From Eledone cirrhosa (taxonomy: Eukaryota), in the NCBI GenBank assembly GCA_964016885.1, contig OZ024740.1:246078001-246142000 (forward strand): 64,000 bases of DNA. Direction: 5' to 3'. Of the stretch, positions 60,705-64,000 are shown piece after piece. The notes under the pieces were generated by a model. It worked only from the letters and a program-made list of their open reading frames with translations. It was not told the origin of the DNA and did no database searches. Position 1 is the stretch's first letter; every line of letters starts with the position of its first letter. The position numbers and the translations under genes are program-made.

Positions 60705-63174
60705 AAATAACGTAGAAGAGAAACTGGGAGTTCCTAAAAAATAACTTACTAGAGGCGACGGATGAGGTTTGTGGCTGGAGTAAGACCTCAAGCAGGAGGA
60801 GAGTGACTTGGTGGTGGAACAATAAGGTAGATGAAGCAGTCAAGGCCAAGAGACAGGCATGGAAAGAATGGAAGAACGGGGGGAGCAGGGTACATTACAT
60901 AGAGACCAAGAGGGAAGCTAGGCGACAAGTATACTTAGCTAGGAGGGAAGCAGAGGATAGAAAATTCAAGCATGTTTTACAACGTGAGGACCAGAAACAG
61001 GAGGTATTCAAGATTGCGAGGCAGTGTGTCAGAGATAGTTGTGATGTCATTGGAGAGAAGTGTATCCGGAATGATAAAGGTGAGCTTGCCCTCACAAGTG
61101 CTGAGAAGAAAGATGCATGGCAGAGTCATTATGATAGATTACTAAATGAGGAGAATGCATGGGAAGAAGAGACCCTACCCCACGTAGACCCTATAGAGGG
61201 ACCAGCAGTACAAGTCAGCGGCAGCGTAGTAAGTAAGGCAATCAGAGATATGAAGATAGGGAAGGCAACCGGTCCATCGGGTATAGCTGCCGAGATGCTG
61301 AAGGCATCTGGGTCTGTAGGTCACACTATAACCACACGTATCGTTAACCAGGTAATACTAGAGGGGGCCATACCAAAAGATTGGTGCAGTAGCATCATTG
61401 TCAACTGCTACAAAGGTAAAGGCGATGCACTAGATAGAGGAAACTATAGAGGTATAAAGTTGATGGACCAGGTCATGAAAGTAACAGAAAGAGTTATAGC
61501 ACAGCTGATTAGGGACCGGGTGAATATAGACGAGATGCAATTTGGGTTTGTTCCAGGGAAAGGCACCACTGATGCGCTCTTCCTTGTGAGGCAATTACAG
61601 GAAAAGTACCTAGCTAAAAGTAAGCCACTCTACTTGGCATTTGTCGACCTTGAGAAAGCCTTTGACAGAGTTCCACGTGCAGTAATCTGGTGGGCTCTTA
61701 GAAAACTAGGAGTAGATGAATGGCTTGTGAAAGCGGTACAAGCCATGTATAGGGGAGCAGTCAGCAAAGTTAGGATTGGCAATGAGTATAGTGAGGAATT
61801 TAGCGTACAGGTTGGGGTCCACCAGGGCTCTGTTCTTAGCCCTCTCCTGTTCATCATAGTCCTGCAGGCAATAACGGAGGAGTTTAAGACCGGATGCCCA
61901 TGGGAACTCCTGTATGCTGATGACCTCGCACTCATAGCTGAATCTATGGTAGAACTAGAGAATAAATTCCAAACCTGGAAGCAGGGACTAGAGAGAAAGG
62001 GCCTCAAAGTCAACATGACAAAGACTAAGGTCCTTATAAGTAGACGAGAAAACAGAACCCAGATCCCCTCAGGGAAATGGCCTTGCTCAGTATGTAGGAA
62101 AGGTGTAGGTAGGAACTCCATTCTTTGCCCCAAATGCAAACAATGGGTACACAAGAGATGTAGCGGGATCTCAGGAAGCTTAATTAAGAATGTAGGATTC
62201 ACATGCAGCAGCTGTGCTGAAACAGCAAGCAAACAGCCACAGGAAACAAGTACCACCAATCTCTGGGAGGGCCCTGTAGAAACAGTAGACAGCTTCTGCT
62301 ACCTAGGTGACCGAATTAGCAACGGAGGTGGGTGCTCAGAAAGTACAATAACTAGGGTAAGAACGGGATGGAAGAAGTTTAGGGAACTACTACCACTGCT
62401 AGCTGCAAAAGGCTTCTCCCTCAGAATGAAAGGCAGACTGTATGATGCGTGTATCCGAACAGCGATGTTGCATGGTAGTGAGACCTGGGCGCTGAAGGTG
62501 GAAGACTTACGTAGATTAGAGAGAAACGAAGCCTGCATGCTCCGATGGATGTGTAACAGTAATATACGTGAACGACAAAGCATAAATGAATTGAGAGAGA
62601 GACTGAGCATAAGAGGAATCAAATGCTGCGTGCAGGAGAGGCGGTTACGCTGGTATGGACATGTGATGCGTATGAAGGATGACAGCTGCATAAAAAGGTG
62701 CAGAGCACTAGAAGTTGATGGAAACCGCGGAGTGGGGAGACCCAAGATGACTTGGGATGAGGTGATAAAAGCCGACCTTACCCAACTACACCTCTCAAAG
62801 TCAATGACACACGACCGTGACTTCTGGCGTCACGCAGTAATACAGGGTACCCGACCTCCCATGGGTACATGCTGAAGCATATAAACAATATGCCCCCCCC
62901 CCACCGCAAGGTGGTCGTGGAGGTGCCACGGCAAAAAAGCACCCAGCCCACACTGTAAAGTGGACGTGTAGGCGCCACGAAAAAGCACCCAGCACTCACT
63001 GTAAATGAGGTTGGTGTTAGGAAGGGCATCCAGCTGTAGAAATCAAGCCAGATCAGTTCCTGTATGAGCAAGGCATGGTCAGCCGACCAGACACTGCCCA
63101 CAACAGGACAACCCGTCTAACCCATGCTAGCGTGGAAGAACGGACGTAAAACGGTGATGATGATGATGATGATG
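60705..63174 (+). mobile_element. 5'-truncated RTE LINE, family A, with open RT frame 60722-62875
   Basis: Intact RT motifs, Cys-rich insert, 3' UTR and (GAT)n tail. Confidence 0.95.
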
Positions 63175-63206
<32 letters not shown>

Positions 63207-63208
<2 letters not shown>

Positions 63209-63780
63209 CATCATCATCATCATCATCATTTTACGTCCGCTTTTCCCTGCTTGCAAGGGTGGGACGGGTCTTATTCAGCACAGCATCTCTCCACTCGTCA
63301 CGGTCCCTCGTCATCTCCACCGTGAGCTTCAATGATCTGAGGTCTGTTCTCACCACCTCCGCCCATGTTTTTCGTGGTCTACCTCTACTACGTCTTCCTT
63401 CAACTGGCATTTCCTGGCACTTCTTCACCCATCGGTCATCCTCCATGCGCATCACATGTCCATACCACCTCAGTCTCCTCTCCCGTACACTACATTCTAT
63501 CCCTCTCAGACACAGTTTCTCTCTCAACACATTTATGCTGGGTCGTTCACGCACATTTACACTGCACATCCAACAGAGCATGCTTGCCTCATTTCTCTCC
63601 AGCCGTCGCATATCTTCTGCGGTAGCTGCCCATGTCTCACTACCATGCAGCATCGCGCTCCTCACACAGGCATCATACAACCGGCCTTTCGTACGCAGGG
63701 AGAAACCCTTCTTCGTCAACAGAGGAAGCAGCTCCCTAAACTTCTTCCAACCCGTCCTTATTCTAGATACTATGGCCTCG
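63207..63780 (-). mobile_element. 5'-truncated RTE LINE, family C (ORF runs to the tail)
   Basis: [20 protein letters not shown]...RGRPRKTW...[14 protein letters not shown] followed immediately by (TGA)n. Confidence 0.9.
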
Positions 63781-63790
63781 TATATGTATG

Positions 63791-63866
<76 letters not shown>

Positions 63867-63872
63867 TATATG

Positions 63873-63993
<121 letters not shown>

Positions 63994-64000
63994 GTATATA

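Overview
Eukaryotic, AT-rich, repeat-dominated genomic DNA. By recall, the SINE families and kb-scale (TA)n arrays look like an octopus/cephalopod genome (inference, not verified). Only one host coding exon is recognisable: the first coding exon of phosphatidylinositol 4-kinase beta (PI4KB, 47730-48420, +). Everything downstream appears intronic. The rest is mobile DNA: two Penelope-like remnants, each with a type I hammerhead ribozyme (one Naiad-type with a GIY-YIG domain and a SECIS-like hairpin over its stop codon); several RTE-group LINE families (one near full length, one with a PHD-like finger after the RT); a CR1-like LINE; degraded CRE-clade RLE retroelements; a degraded Helitron with an antisense STPR-like segment; tRNA- and 5S-derived SINE-type repeats; and a ~600 bp non-autonomous retroelement carrying a 35-aa C2H2 zinc-finger micro-ORF. 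Most well-preserved elements sit inside (TA)n arrays. All YI/MYI-rich ORFs are microsatellite artefacts. There is a 200-N gap at 58195-58394. All family calls rest on motif recognition by eye; no searches were run.
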